A DNA stretch of 44,822 nt from Parcubacteria group bacterium (GCA_943349395.1 CALQZH010000001.1:19275-64096), one strand, 5' to 3'. Positions 1 through 9,207 are shown, counted from the stretch's first letter. Made by a program: numbers and translations. The notes: generated by a model from the letters alone, not told the origin.

Positions 1-2
1 GC

Positions 3-830
3 GCCGGTTCGTGCAGTACCAAAACCGTAAAAAAGCTCCAATGGCAACTGCTCGGGGAGACGCTTCGCTTGTTTCTTCGGCGCGGCATCCGCGAGGGCCG
101 CGGCATAGGCGCAGTAGTCGCATGAGGGTTTCGCCGCGGGAACGTCGTCGCCTGTGAGGCAGTCTTTCGCGGCCATAAGCGTCGGTTCTACCCACGCGTC
201 GTTTCCCCGGTATGGGATGAGCGTGATCGCGAATTCGAGCCGGGCATCGAACGCCGCCTTATCGGTCTTCCCGTTGCAGTACACGAAATAGCCGGTGTCG
301 GATACCGTGAGGCTATTCCGGCGCAGGAGCCACTGGTACGTTTCCATCTGCCGCTTGTATCCCGCGTGCCAGTCCTGGTCCAAGGCCGTTATATCCCCCG
401 CTTTCGCGGTCGCCTTGTAGTCGACGACGATGTGGTTGCCTGCGGAGTCCTGCCATAGGTCGTCGATCGCGCCGAACACATAGAAGTTTGTCGGGGCATG
501 GAGGCACCCGACGCCCGTGAAATTATGCCGCCACTCGGCAAGCTGTGCATGCGGCACGGGCCGGGCATCGACACAGTATTTTTCTATGAGCGGATGCTTC
601 GTGCCCGCCGCGCGGTGCGTATCGAATTCCTGCTTCAATAAATAATCTACGGCGGAGTTTAAGGAGAATGGGAAACCGGGCGGGCGGCCGACGCCGAGCC
701 TGCGATCGAAATAGAAACAGCGCGGGCATTCGATGAAGAGGTCGATCTTCGAGCGCGAGAGGCGGAAGGGTTCTTTCGATGAAGGGTCGTACAGGCCTTT
801 CGTTCGGCGGGCGGTATAATAATCGGACAT
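3..830 (-). CDS. PD-(D/E)XK nuclease family protein (RecB/Cas4-like), 3' end runs off the window
   Basis: Hand-translated (not in the ORF track): ATG at 830, MSDYYTARRTKGLYDPSSKEPFRLSRSKIDLFIECPRCFY...GAIDDLW...VVDYKAT...YKRQMETYQWLL...CDYCAY. Shows the D/DxK core, QxxxY motif and Cys motifs; frame open to the window edge. Confidence 0.8.
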   Translation of the reverse strand, partial: MSDYYTARRTKGLYDPSSKEPFRLSRSKIDLFIECPRCFYFDRRLGVGRPPGFPFSLNSAVDYLLKQEFDTHRAAGTKHPLIEKYCVDARPVPHAQLAEWRHNFTGVGCLHAPTNFYVFGAIDDLWQDSAGNHIVVDYKATAKAGDITALDQDWHAGYKRQMETYQWLLRRNSLTVSDTGYFVYCNGKTDKAAFDARLEFAITLIPYRGNDAWVEPTLMAAKDCLTGDDVPAAKPSCDYCAYAAALADAAPKKQAKRLPEQLPLELFYGFGTARTG

Positions 831-890
831 AGTTAGAGCCTACCCCATACTCTCCTCGGCCGCGATAGGGACCGGGTTTGGGAAATGAGA

Positions 891-911
891 ACGGCCCGCT
901 TGGCGGGCCGT
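891..911. terminator. GC-rich hairpin, possible terminator
   Basis: ACGGCCCGC / GCGGGCCGT inverted repeat; no strong U-tract. Confidence 0.35.
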
Positions 912-1130
912 CGGATGCGTGCGGAACTACTTCTTTTTCTCGGATGCGGGTTTCTCGCTCCGCGCATCGGCATCCTTCCACTCCCTGATGATCAGGAGCA
1001 GGGTCATCGTCGCGGCCTGTTCTTTCGTAAGGGTGACTATTCGCATATGAGCCTTTCGGATTGGCGGAGGATGCGGGATCGGGAGGGGTGAGGGCTCTTA
1101 GAAGAGTATTCGAGGATATCGAATCGCGCA

Positions 1131-1172
1131 ATCAAAAGAGCGGCGGCCTGGATAGGCAGTCGCTCTTTTGAT
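1131..1172. terminator. Long hairpin after the ECF operon
   Basis: ATCAAAAGAGCG...CGCTCTTTTGAT arms immediately after the stop at 1179. Confidence 0.6.
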
Positions 1173-1178
1173 GATCTT

Positions 1179-1631
1179 CTATCTCCCTCCGTGTCCGCCG
1201 AATCGCCCGCCGCGTCCGAATCCGATTCCCATGCCCTTCCCCTTTCCGTCGGGCTTGGCCTTCTGGGCCTGCATGAATAGGAGTCGCTGGTCGGCTTGCG
1301 CCTGGGTGATCACGCCCGCCGTGACGAGCGCCTGTAGGCGCGTCTTCATGTTAGTCGCCTTCTGCGCCTTCATCTTCTCCGCGAGCTGCTCCTTCGTGAT
1401 AGCGTGTGCCGTGGCGACGTCGGCAATCGTCTTGCCCTGTGCCCACGCGGCCTTGATCTCGTCGACCGTGACGCCGAGGAGCGACGCTTCGCTCTGGAAC
1501 CTCGCCGCGAGGTCCGCGGGACTTCCGTCCATGCCGGGGCCGAATCCGTGCGCGGATGCGACGCTCGCGGCGAGCATGCCCGCGCCGACGAGGGACAGAA
1601 ACGAGTATATGAGCCTATTCTTCATATTCAT
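1179..1631 (-). CDS. Exported helical protein with Gly/Arg-rich C-terminal tail
   Basis: Signal peptide MNMKNRLIYSFLSLVGAGMLAASVASAH, an amphipathic helical body and a GxGRGGR tail; has its own ECF-type promoter. Confidence 0.7.
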   Translation of the reverse strand: MNMKNRLIYSFLSLVGAGMLAASVASAHGFGPGMDGSPADLAARFQSEASLLGVTVDEIKAAWAQGKTIADVATAHAITKEQLAEKMKAQKATNMKTRLQALVTAGVITQAQADQRLLFMQAQKAKPDGKGKGMGIGFGRGGRFGGHGGR

Positions 1632-1691
1632 GGTGTATTTTCCGTTATCCGTTTGTATGCGCATGAGTGCGACTCGCCTCATGCATAGTGA

Positions 1692-1718
1692 TACGGGGAA
1701 TGATGCGGATATATTTCA
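1692..1718 (-). promoter_or_regulatory. ECF sigma promoter, copy 1
   Basis: Minus strand TGAAAT-N17-CGTA; shares TGWAATATATCSGC...CCGTA with the copy at 2979-3005. Confidence 0.65.
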
Positions 1719-2402
1719 GAAGCCGGTCGGGCGCACGCCGCGGGCACGGAAGGCCGCCCCGTCGTCCGCGCCGAATGCGCTCACCGTATCGCCGATCTTC
1801 AAGAGGCCGTAGGCATCGGGGCGCGCATCGGGAACGATGAGTATGAGCGATGTGGCATTGCCCGCATCGAGGAGAACGAACCCGCCCGGGGCGAAGCTCT
1901 CGATCTCGCCATGGCGCACTTCGCGCAGGCGCTCGGCTCCGTAGCGGCGGTAGAAGGAGCCGCCGAACGGGAGATCGCCGCGCCGCGCCGCCTGGAAGGG
2001 CGCGCGATGCAGGGGCGCGGTCAGGGGCCCCGCGGCCATGGCGACCCCGACGATCGCGAGGAGCGAGTAGACGAGGGGCATGCGGTACGCGAATGCGTAG
2101 CGGCGTACGAGCGTCTCGAGTATCAGGATGAAGGCGAGGGAGAGCGCGATGAGCGCCCACGGAAGCGAGCGGAAGAGCGTGATCCATCCGCGCGAGCCGA
2201 AGAGCGGCGCGGACCATGCGCCGGTCTCGTGGAGCGAGAAGACGATGAATCCGGCGAGGTAGAGTACGGTAGAGAGCGCGATCGCGGCGCCTGCGGCGAA
2301 AAGGAGTCCTATGAGGACGAACTGCCAGCGGGGGCGCATGGAGGCGCGGCCACTCCGTATGGCTTCGAGTACCGTATTCCGTATGTCTCGTTCGTTATGC
2401 AT
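1716..2402 (-). CDS. Membrane protein coupled to the ECF sigma factor (candidate anti-sigma/sensor)
   Basis: About 3 hydrophobic segments plus a C-terminal beta-rich domain; its start overlaps the sigma stop. Confidence 0.65.
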   Translation of the reverse strand: MHNERDIRNTVLEAIRSGRASMRPRWQFVLIGLLFAAGAAIALSTVLYLAGFIVFSLHETGAWSAPLFGSRGWITLFRSLPWALIALSLAFILILETLVRRYAFAYRMPLVYSLLAIVGVAMAAGPLTAPLHRAPFQAARRGDLPFGGSFYRRYGAERLREVRHGEIESFAPGGFVLLDAGNATSLILIVPDARPDAYGLLKIGDTVSAFGADDGAAFRARGVRPTGF

Positions 2403-2970
2403 AGGACAGTTTTTTCCGTTCCGCGAGCTTCCTCATGGCCGCCTTGCCGCGGGCGAGGCGCACCCCCACGGTCGAGACGGGTATTTGGAGCACGTCGGCG
2501 ATTTCGCCGTACGAGAGCTCCTCGTAATAATAGAGGACGAGCGGCTCGCGGTACTTGTCCCCCACCTCGTCGAGGCACTCGCCGAGCGACGCGATAAGCT
2601 CCTTCTCCTTCGCGGGACCGTCGGCGGTTTCAGGAGCGGCGAGATGCGGGAACAGGGCATCGAAGTCGAATACGGGGATCGAGAACTTCCCCGCGCGTTT
2701 CCTGATCTCGGTTATGAACTCGTTGTGCGCGATGCGGTAGATCCAGGGCGAGAACGCGCGCGATCCGTCGAAGCTCAGTATGTTCGTATACGCCTTCATG
2801 AAGATGTCTTGCAGGAGATCTCGCACGTCCTCGCGATCGCGGAGGAATTTCGTGCCGTAGCGCGCGAGCTTCGCCTGGTAGCGGTCGATCAGCGCGCCGA
2901 AGGCCGGGAGGTCGCCAGCCTGCGCCGCGCGCGCGAGATCCTCGTCAGTCCGGTCGGAATGCGGAGCCAT
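2395..2970 (-). CDS. ECF-family RNA polymerase sigma factor (SigW-like)
   Basis: Region 2 DLLQDIFMKAY...FSPWIYRIAHNE; region 4 LYYYEELSYGEIADVLQIPVSTVGVRLARGK; 191 aa. Confidence 0.93.
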   Translation of the reverse strand: MAPHSDRTDEDLARAAQAGDLPAFGALIDRYQAKLARYGTKFLRDREDVRDLLQDIFMKAYTNILSFDGSRAFSPWIYRIAHNEFITEIRKRAGKFSIPVFDFDALFPHLAAPETADGPAKEKELIASLGECLDEVGDKYREPLVLYYYEELSYGEIADVLQIPVSTVGVRLARGKAAMRKLAERKKLSYA

Positions 2971-2978
2971 ATATATAG

Positions 2979-3005
2979 TACGGCCGGAAGCGCCGATATA
3001 TTACA
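2979..3005 (-). promoter_or_regulatory. ECF sigma promoter, copy 2 (autoregulatory, likely leaderless)
   Basis: Minus strand TGTAAT-N17-CGTA ending 8 nt before the sigma ATG at 2970. Confidence 0.65.
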
Positions 3006-3759
3006 AGAATGGCACGAAGGCGCTTACCCGCTTCTTGTAATCGGCAAAAGCGGGGTTCGCCTCCATCTTCTTCTCGAGCAGGGGGATGCCGGAGACCTTC
3101 GTTATGAGGATGGTTATGGCGATCGGGCCGATGATGGCGACTGATCCGTAGGGGGCGGACAGGGCGATGATCCAGAGACCCCACCACTGCGTCGCTTCGC
3201 CGAAATAATTGGGGTGGCGGGTGTAGCGCCATAAGCCGCTTTGCATGAGCGCGCCTCGGTTCGCGGGGTTTTGCATGAATGATGAGAGTTGCGCGTCGCC
3301 GATCGCCTCAAAGAGGAAGCCGATGATCCAGATCGCCGTCCCGATGAGATCGAGCGGCCCGAGCGGCGCCTGGGGGCTCGCATTGATGACGAGGATCGGC
3401 AAGGCGATGATGAAGAGGAGAATGCCTTGCAGGAGATATATCTGCGCATAGGAGCGCAGATAAAACCACGAGCCCCATGCGGCACGCCATTCACGGTAGC
3501 GATAATCTTCCTGCTTCCCGCGATTGCGGGTGTGGATATGCCAGGCGAGGCGCAGGCCCCACATGCTCACGAGAACCCCCGCAAGGATGCCACGCGTGCC
3601 GGGAGCATCGGAAATCAAGAAGGATATCCAGGCCATGAGCACGAATCCGAGCCCCCATGCCACGTCGGCAACGTCATTCCTCCGCATGGCGACCGATGCC
3701 AAGAACCACAGGCTCATATAGGCGAAGAGGACTGCGCCGAGGATCGCGAAATGATTCAC
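3001..3759 (-). CDS. DUF1295 / steroid 5-alpha-reductase-like membrane protein
   Basis: DVAWG, WGLRL, EDYRY, EAIGDAQL and GLWRYTRHPNYFGE motifs. Confidence 0.88.
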   Translation of the reverse strand: MNHFAILGAVLFAYMSLWFLASVAMRRNDVADVAWGLGFVLMAWISFLISDAPGTRGILAGVLVSMWGLRLAWHIHTRNRGKQEDYRYREWRAAWGSWFYLRSYAQIYLLQGILLFIIALPILVINASPQAPLGPLDLIGTAIWIIGFLFEAIGDAQLSSFMQNPANRGALMQSGLWRYTRHPNYFGEATQWWGLWIIALSAPYGSVAIIGPIAITILITKVSGIPLLEKKMEANPAFADYKKRVSAFVPFL

Positions 3760-4157
3760 AGTCCGATCCTATGCGCTAGGGAATATGCGATGAGGGAAAC
3801 GGCGGCAGAGAGGGCTGTCCCCCATGCCATGTCGACGATGGTCACGGGGATGGTCCAGCCTTTGGCGACCGCGAGATTCGTGAGGTCATAGGTTGCGTAG
3901 GAGACGAGGCCGAACAATGCGCCGGAAAAGACCGCGTGCGTAAGAGAGCTTTTTTCCATGGCCGGAGCTATCGCGAAGATCACGAGGCCTAGGACGAAAA
4001 GGAGGTAGAAGGCGATGGCTGCGGTCCAATTCACGCTCGTCTTCATGAGCGATCCGACCTGCCCGGCATAGAAGCCCTTGGCGAGGCTGAGCCAGGCCGC
4101 GTCGAGGACGAGGAAGGCGGGAAAGGCGATCGCGTAGAGCTTGATGAGCATATGCAT
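3756..4157 (-). CDS. DUF2177 family membrane protein
   Basis: LDAAWL...FY, GALFGLVSYATYDLTNLA and VDMAWG motifs; start trimmed from the longer track ORF, which overlaps uppP. Confidence 0.82.
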   Translation of the reverse strand: MHMLIKLYAIAFPAFLVLDAAWLSLAKGFYAGQVGSLMKTSVNWTAAIAFYLLFVLGLVIFAIAPAMEKSSLTHAVFSGALFGLVSYATYDLTNLAVAKGWTIPVTIVDMAWGTALSAAVSLIAYSLAHRIGL

Positions 4158-4159
4158 TT

Positions 4160-4927
4160 TTATATCACGGCGAGCCAGAAAACGCAGGCGACTAGGATGC
4201 GGTAGATGCCGAATGGGACGAGGGTGTTCGTGCGTATATGGCGCAGGAGGAATGAGACGGCGAGGAGGGCGACGATGAAGGAAGTGACGAATCCCGCGGC
4301 AAGCGGGGCGATGTCGCTCGGGGGAAAGAGCGCGTAGCTCTTCACGAGGTCGAGTCCGGTCGCGGCGAGCATGGTCGGCACGGCGAGCAGGAACGAGAAC
4401 TCGACGATCGACGCGCGCGGGATGCCGATCGCGAGGCCGCCGACCATCGTCGCGGCCGAGCGCGATACGCCGGGGACGACGGCGACGGATTGCGCGCAGC
4501 CGATCGCGAAGGCCTGCCGCGCCGAAATGTCCTTGACCGATCCGCGTGCCTCGCTCCCCCCTCCGGTCCATAGCTCGAAGGCGATAAGGAGCATGCCGCC
4601 GAGCGTAAGCGACGCGAGGACCACGGACGTGTTCCCGATGAGATACGTTTTAACGAGCTTGTATGCGAGGAGGCCCACGACGCCCGTAGGGATGAAGGCG
4701 ATCGCGACTTTTTTGAGAATCGCCACGTCGCGGAGCTTATCGTGATAGAGCGCGATGACCGCGAGGATCGCCCCGAGCTGGATCGCGATCTCGAAGCTCT
4801 TTACGAAGGGTGTCTGCGCGATGCGCAGGAGGTCGCTCGCGAGGATGAGATGTCCGGTCGAGGAGACGGGCAGGAATTCGGTGATGCCCTCGACGATGCC
4901 GAGGATGACGGCGTGGAAGATGCTCAT
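4160..4927 (-). CDS. uppP: Undecaprenyl-diphosphatase (BacA/UppP)
   Basis: EGITEFLPVSSTGH, IQLGAILAV and PGVSRSAAT signature motifs. Confidence 0.95.
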   Translation of the reverse strand: MSIFHAVILGIVEGITEFLPVSSTGHLILASDLLRIAQTPFVKSFEIAIQLGAILAVIALYHDKLRDVAILKKVAIAFIPTGVVGLLAYKLVKTYLIGNTSVVLASLTLGGMLLIAFELWTGGGSEARGSVKDISARQAFAIGCAQSVAVVPGVSRSAATMVGGLAIGIPRASIVEFSFLLAVPTMLAATGLDLVKSYALFPPSDIAPLAAGFVTSFIVALLAVSFLLRHIRTNTLVPFGIYRILVACVFWLAVI

Positions 4928-4992
4928 GGCTAAAACTATACACATCCTCCTTCGCCAAGGCTATGGAGGATTCTTTTCGCCCGAGCGAAAAG

Positions 4993-5044
4993 AAAAAAGC
5001 CCCGCATGCCGCCTGTCCGATGTCGGACGGTCAGCATGCGGGGC
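4993..5044 (-). terminator. Intrinsic terminator of the NTase gene pair
   Basis: GCCCCGCATGC...GCATGCGGGGC stem followed by a U-tract on the minus strand. Confidence 0.7.
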
Positions 5045-5060
5045 ACTGCGGAGTGGGCTG

Positions 5061-5912
5061 TCATTCCGCGGCGGGCTTGGGTTGCGCGAGCCTGTCGAGG
5101 ATGAATGTGAGGAGCGCGATGCAGTTCGGGATCTCGATTTCGAGAGTACCGAGTTCTGCTTGGTAGTCGACCGCGTCATAGCGGGTGAGATGCGCCGGAA
5201 GATGCTCCGTATAGGCCTCGTCGGCAGAGACGAGGCTGTTGAAGGGCGCGAGTGCGCGCTCGTCGGCCCGTTCGCGATAGGTCCGGACAACCATTGCGCG
5301 CGAATCGTCCGGCAGGGCGCCCTCGAGCTTGAGGATCTTGCGCGCAACATGGATGGGCGCTTCGATCATCTTCTGTAGGAACTTCGCTTGGTCCTCGAGT
5401 GAAAGATCTTGGAATCCGTACATCTCGTGGCGGAATTGCCCGATCTTGCGCGCGACATACTCGAAGGCTTCGTGGGCCCTGTCGCGTGTGCGATATGCGA
5501 AGAGGGGCATCGGGTTATTCCCTATCTCGCCGTTCCGGTAGAGCGCGGCATCATGCAGATGCTCGCCGAACGACAGGCTGATTCCGTGTCCGCCATTCCG
5601 GGCGAGGCTCGTCGGGATCGCGCGCATGTCGATCGGCGCGAATATCTCGGCAGCCTCGGCACGCATGGCGATCATGAACCGGTCCGCATCGCGAAACGAC
5701 GCATCGTCGAATACGAGAATGCCGTCGATGTCGCTGCGCGCGGTTGCGGTGCCGCTCGCGTACGAGCCGCACAGTATGCCTCCGCGAAAGCCATCCATTC
5801 TCTCGGCCGCCTTTCGGAACTGGGCGATGAAGTGAGTGACCCGTTGGGTCTCCGGAACATGTTTTAGGTGAATCTTTTCGCCGGTGAATACTCGGCCCAT
5901 CGAGGCCTCCAT
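5061..5912 (-). CDS. Pol-beta-superfamily nucleotidyltransferase with C-terminal helical domain
   Basis: GSYASGTATARSDIDGILV (GS...DxD) plus a candidate third Asp in PIDM. Confidence 0.7.
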   Translation of the reverse strand: MEASMGRVFTGEKIHLKHVPETQRVTHFIAQFRKAAERMDGFRGGILCGSYASGTATARSDIDGILVFDDASFRDADRFMIAMRAEAAEIFAPIDMRAIPTSLARNGGHGISLSFGEHLHDAALYRNGEIGNNPMPLFAYRTRDRAHEAFEYVARKIGQFRHEMYGFQDLSLEDQAKFLQKMIEAPIHVARKILKLEGALPDDSRAMVVRTYRERADERALAPFNSLVSADEAYTEHLPAHLTRYDAVDYQAELGTLEIEIPNCIALLTFILDRLAQPKPAAE

Positions 5913-5927
5913 TTCTAGTGCGATGCC

Positions 5928-6704
5928 CTATGAGGAGCATCTTTGTTTGAGGACGAAGCGCGGGACGGTTCCCGCGGGAGTCGTGACAGGTTTCGTGAAT
6001 TCGGCGATCGGCATCCAGCGGAGGCCGAAGGTTCCGAAGGGCTCGCGCATGAAGACGAGGCGGTCCGTTTCGTCGTTGCTCCCCGCCTTGAGGGCGGTGC
6101 CTTCGACGAAGTAGAGTCCCCCTTCGCAATGCTCCCACATGCCGCGCACGACTTCGGTCGGGAGCGGCGGCTCGTCTGCCGTCATGTCCGTCGTGAGGAT
6201 GTCTTCGCATCCTAGGGCGAACTTCGTGAGGCAGGAGAGCATGAAACGCACTATGCTTTCGACGGGCGTGAGGGCCTTCGGATCGGCCGCGAATGCGATG
6301 CGGTCGAGCCTATTTCCCGCGAACGCATTGTTCTGCCCCTCGTGCATGAAGAGCGCGATGGCGTTCCATCGCCAGAAGGCGTTCGCGGTATGCCAGGCAT
6401 CGTCGCCTGTCCATTGCCAGAGGTCGCCCATGGGGAGCGCTGTCGCCCCCCATGCCCAGGTCTGCCAGGGCGTGGGCCCGGGCTGTGCCTGTGGGTTGGG
6501 AATGGCGGCGCATATCGTACCCTGAAGGCCGCGCGCTCCGGCGTGCTTGTGCGCGGCCTGCGCCGCGATACGCATGATCCGTATGTGGCGCACATACGGG
6601 TCGGTCGCCGTGACGAGGATGCCTCGCTTGGCGAGGTTCGGATACAGGAGGATGGGAGGAATCATTCGGAAGGTCTCCTCGAGAAGGTGTATGGGGTATG
6701 CCAA
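5928..6704 (-). CDS. Hypothetical protein (Trp-rich), upstream partner of the NTase
   Basis: 258-aa ORF, 15 bp from the NTase, same strand; start uncertain; no family recognised. Confidence 0.5.
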   Translation of the reverse strand: MAYPIHLLEETFRMIPPILLYPNLAKRGILVTATDPYVRHIRIMRIAAQAAHKHAGARGLQGTICAAIPNPQAQPGPTPWQTWAWGATALPMGDLWQWTGDDAWHTANAFWRWNAIALFMHEGQNNAFAGNRLDRIAFAADPKALTPVESIVRFMLSCLTKFALGCEDILTTDMTADEPPLPTEVVRGMWEHCEGGLYFVEGTALKAGSNDETDRLVFMREPFGTFGLRWMPIAEFTKPVTTPAGTVPRFVLKQRCSS

Positions 6705-6768
6705 CGTGCCGATTGCAACGTATGCAAAATACGGTATTTAGTCCGATTTGGCAATCTTAGAGGACATG

Positions 6769-6800
6769 AAAAAACCCGCACGTGAGGAGATCCGTGCGGG
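6769..6800 (-). terminator. Intrinsic terminator
   Basis: CCCGCACG / CGTGCGGG stem plus U6 on the minus strand. Confidence 0.7.
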
Positions 6801-6805
6801 AGGGA

Positions 6806-6880
6806 CAGGCGCCGGGCGCATGCCGATTAGGCGGATGCGGTAGAGTGCATCCGAGTTCGGCGTACGCGCCTTCGGGCCTG
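6806..6880. ncRNA. Candidate structured RNA (rod-like multi-stem hairpin)
   Basis: Nested pairings CAGGC/GCCTG, GCGCATGCCGA/TCGGCGTACGC and GGATGC/GCATCC in an intergenic gap next to a terminator. Confidence 0.35.
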
Positions 6881-6917
6881 ATTCTGCAAAGAGCTGGTCG
6901 CGCGGCACGGACCTTCC

Positions 6918-7508
6918 CTAGCGGATACCCGTGTCGATATCGACGGTGAGCCGGGCCTCGCCATGCTCGGGAACTATGACGGTCCGGGGCAGCGCGGCGC
7001 GGCACCCGAGTTCCGTGCAGGGGGAGAGCGTTGCCGCATAGGTGCCTGCGCGCAAGGCTGTGCGGAACGTGCCGTCGGAGGCGAGCGGCGCGTAGGCCGG
7101 CGGCAGGGAGGACGACTGCGGCGAGAATATCATCGTGCGGCCGAGATACGGGTTCGGCCGTCCGGCGGGACATGGCTCGACCGGGCACAGGGGGCCGATC
7201 GAAACCGTTCCTGAGACGATGCCGGATTCCCTGCCGGCGGGGCATGCCTTGAACGCGCACGAAGGCGGCATGCGCCCGACATATGAGCCGTCGGGGCATT
7301 GCATCGCGTCTTGCGTGCAGGCTATCGGCGCGGGCACGGGCGGGGGTGTCGGGGGGTAATACCACCGTACCCAGCGGGGGTTATGCCACGCGCTCGGCCA
7401 ATGGAAGGGGTTCCAGGTGCCCTGGTTCCACCATGCCCCGGCACCGAGCATCAGGGCCGCGACGCCGCAGGTACCGAGAGTCCTGAAGGATCCCTTGGAC
7501 GTGGTCAT
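6918..7508 (-). CDS. Exported/membrane-anchored Cys-rich protein
   Basis: N-terminal hydrophobic segment; ACTQDAMQCPDGSYVGRMPPSCAFKACP motif of a type common in CPR surface proteins; GPLCPVE...DTGIR beta domain. Confidence 0.75.
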   Translation of the reverse strand: MTTSKGSFRTLGTCGVAALMLGAGAWWNQGTWNPFHWPSAWHNPRWVRWYYPPTPPPVPAPIACTQDAMQCPDGSYVGRMPPSCAFKACPAGRESGIVSGTVSIGPLCPVEPCPAGRPNPYLGRTMIFSPQSSSLPPAYAPLASDGTFRTALRAGTYAATLSPCTELGCRAALPRTVIVPEHGEARLTVDIDTGIR

Positions 7509-7646
7509 CGCGCCATATTATTCGGGGATGAACATCATGATCCGGCGCATGACGCGGTGCATGAATTCGAGGATTGCTATTTCGGCTTTGATCATACTCA
7601 AGAAGCCGGACGTGCGCCCGATATCTTACGCGATGCCGGTTGCCGG

Positions 7647-8612
7647 TCAGCTCGCAATGTACTTCCGGTTGATGGCGAGCGAGGCGTAGCCGAGGCCGAT
7701 GAAGACGAAGCCGAGGATGACGAGGGAAATGGGCCACCCGAGGGAGTCGGCGAAGTATTCGCTCGTGATATAGGAAACGTGGGCAACGAGGAAGAGCGTG
7801 CTTATGATGAGGACCGTCTTGCTCTTTAGGAGGGTGGCGAGGTACAGGCAGGCGAAAACGATCGCGAAATAGAGGATTTGCCACCCGGTCGAATCGAATA
7901 CGCGGGAGAAGGCGGCGCCGAGGAGTCCGACGCTCCCGAAGAAATACAGGATGCCCGTAAGTCCCCTGTTCCAGCCGTCCCGGAACGCATGCCCGAGGCT
8001 TAAATAGCTCGCGCCTATCGCCATGGTAAGATAGGCGAAAATGTCCCAGTAATCGGAAGAGCGGGTGTCTGCGAGGATGGCGTTTGTCACGAGGTAGATG
8101 GATGCGGTGCCATTCGCGATGGCAAAAAGCGAAAGGACAGGGCTTTTATGAATGGCATTGAGGGCGAGATAGAACGTGAAGATGACGATGAAGGTGAGCG
8201 CGATGACCCACGGGTGATTGTCGCCGGTCGAAAGCTCGGACAAGGTCACGAGCGCTCCCCCGGGAACGAGCGCGCCGCCGATCGCGTGGAAGACATGGCC
8301 GATGGTCTCTTGTGGCCTCTCTTTGCGGAGCATCGAGCCGAGGGCCGTAATGAGGAGGCCGAGGCCGAGCGTGACGGAGACGCGGCCGAATGGCCCGATA
8401 TCATCCCATATTTGCGAAACGAAGATCACGATGCCGACGACGATGATCGCGGCACCCACGACATAGAGCATTTTCGTTACCGAAAAGTGCCGCGCGTTCC
8501 CCTCTTCCATCGACGCGTTTTGGGGGGCGAAGCGTGCCATGACGTCTTCGCGGCGCATCTCGCCGCTCGCGATCTTCGCCTCGATCTCCCGCAGCAGGTC
8601 TTCCTTGGTCAT
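7647..8612 (-). CDS. Polytopic membrane protein (DUF2157-like)
   Basis: MTKEDLL start; about 9 TM segments; LYVVGAAIIVVGIVIFVSQIWDDI motif. Confidence 0.7.
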   Translation of the reverse strand: MTKEDLLREIEAKIASGEMRREDVMARFAPQNASMEEGNARHFSVTKMLYVVGAAIIVVGIVIFVSQIWDDIGPFGRVSVTLGLGLLITALGSMLRKERPQETIGHVFHAIGGALVPGGALVTLSELSTGDNHPWVIALTFIVIFTFYLALNAIHKSPVLSLFAIANGTASIYLVTNAILADTRSSDYWDIFAYLTMAIGASYLSLGHAFRDGWNRGLTGILYFFGSVGLLGAAFSRVFDSTGWQILYFAIVFACLYLATLLKSKTVLIISTLFLVAHVSYITSEYFADSLGWPISLVILGFVFIGLGYASLAINRKYIAS

Positions 8613-8616
8613 AGTT

Positions 8617-9207
8617 TTATTTGCCGCTCCGTCCGGGTAGGACCCACCCGATGAACTCGAAATTATTGCGGTAATAGTCTTGGTTGTTGGCATTGATAAG
8701 GTTGAGCTTCGCCTTACTCTTTCCCTTGGTGATGTAATGGCCATACGAGGAAGATCTGTCGCCGAACGGGAAGAATATTCCATGATCATTCCGGTCGTAA
8801 TGAGTCGAGACGGTTACGCCATCGGGCGACGTGAGGATACCGCTCAGGCTCATCGCCTGCGCCTCGCCAAGGGGTATCTCTCTACTCTCGTTCCTCTTCG
8901 TATCATGGAGCAAGATTCGGCCGGAGTAGGTTTCGGGGTATGCGGGCCTACCATTGGCATCTAGGTATTGGGCCAAATCGACGGGACGTATGGCGAGTCT
9001 CCCGTTTTCGACGGAGTACCTTTTTTGGAGATAGTCGTTGCAACGGTAGGAGTAATCCGTGCCGGTCCCGCATGTTGCATATATGAAGTCGTAATTAGTC
9101 GAAAGGAGGAAAGAGGGCAGATATGTAGAGATGGCGAACGCGGCTATGAGCGCGACCGGTAATATGAACGCGAGGAGCAATGCGAAGTTACGTTTGATGA
9201 AATCCAT
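8617..9207 (-). CDS. Membrane-anchored hypothetical protein
   Basis: N-terminal TM, YDFIY motif, C-terminal FIGWV; 4 bp from the next gene. Confidence 0.7.
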   Translation of the reverse strand: MDFIKRNFALLLAFILPVALIAAFAISTYLPSFLLSTNYDFIYATCGTGTDYSYRCNDYLQKRYSVENGRLAIRPVDLAQYLDANGRPAYPETYSGRILLHDTKRNESREIPLGEAQAMSLSGILTSPDGVTVSTHYDRNDHGIFFPFGDRSSSYGHYITKGKSKAKLNLINANNQDYYRNNFEFIGWVLPGRSGK

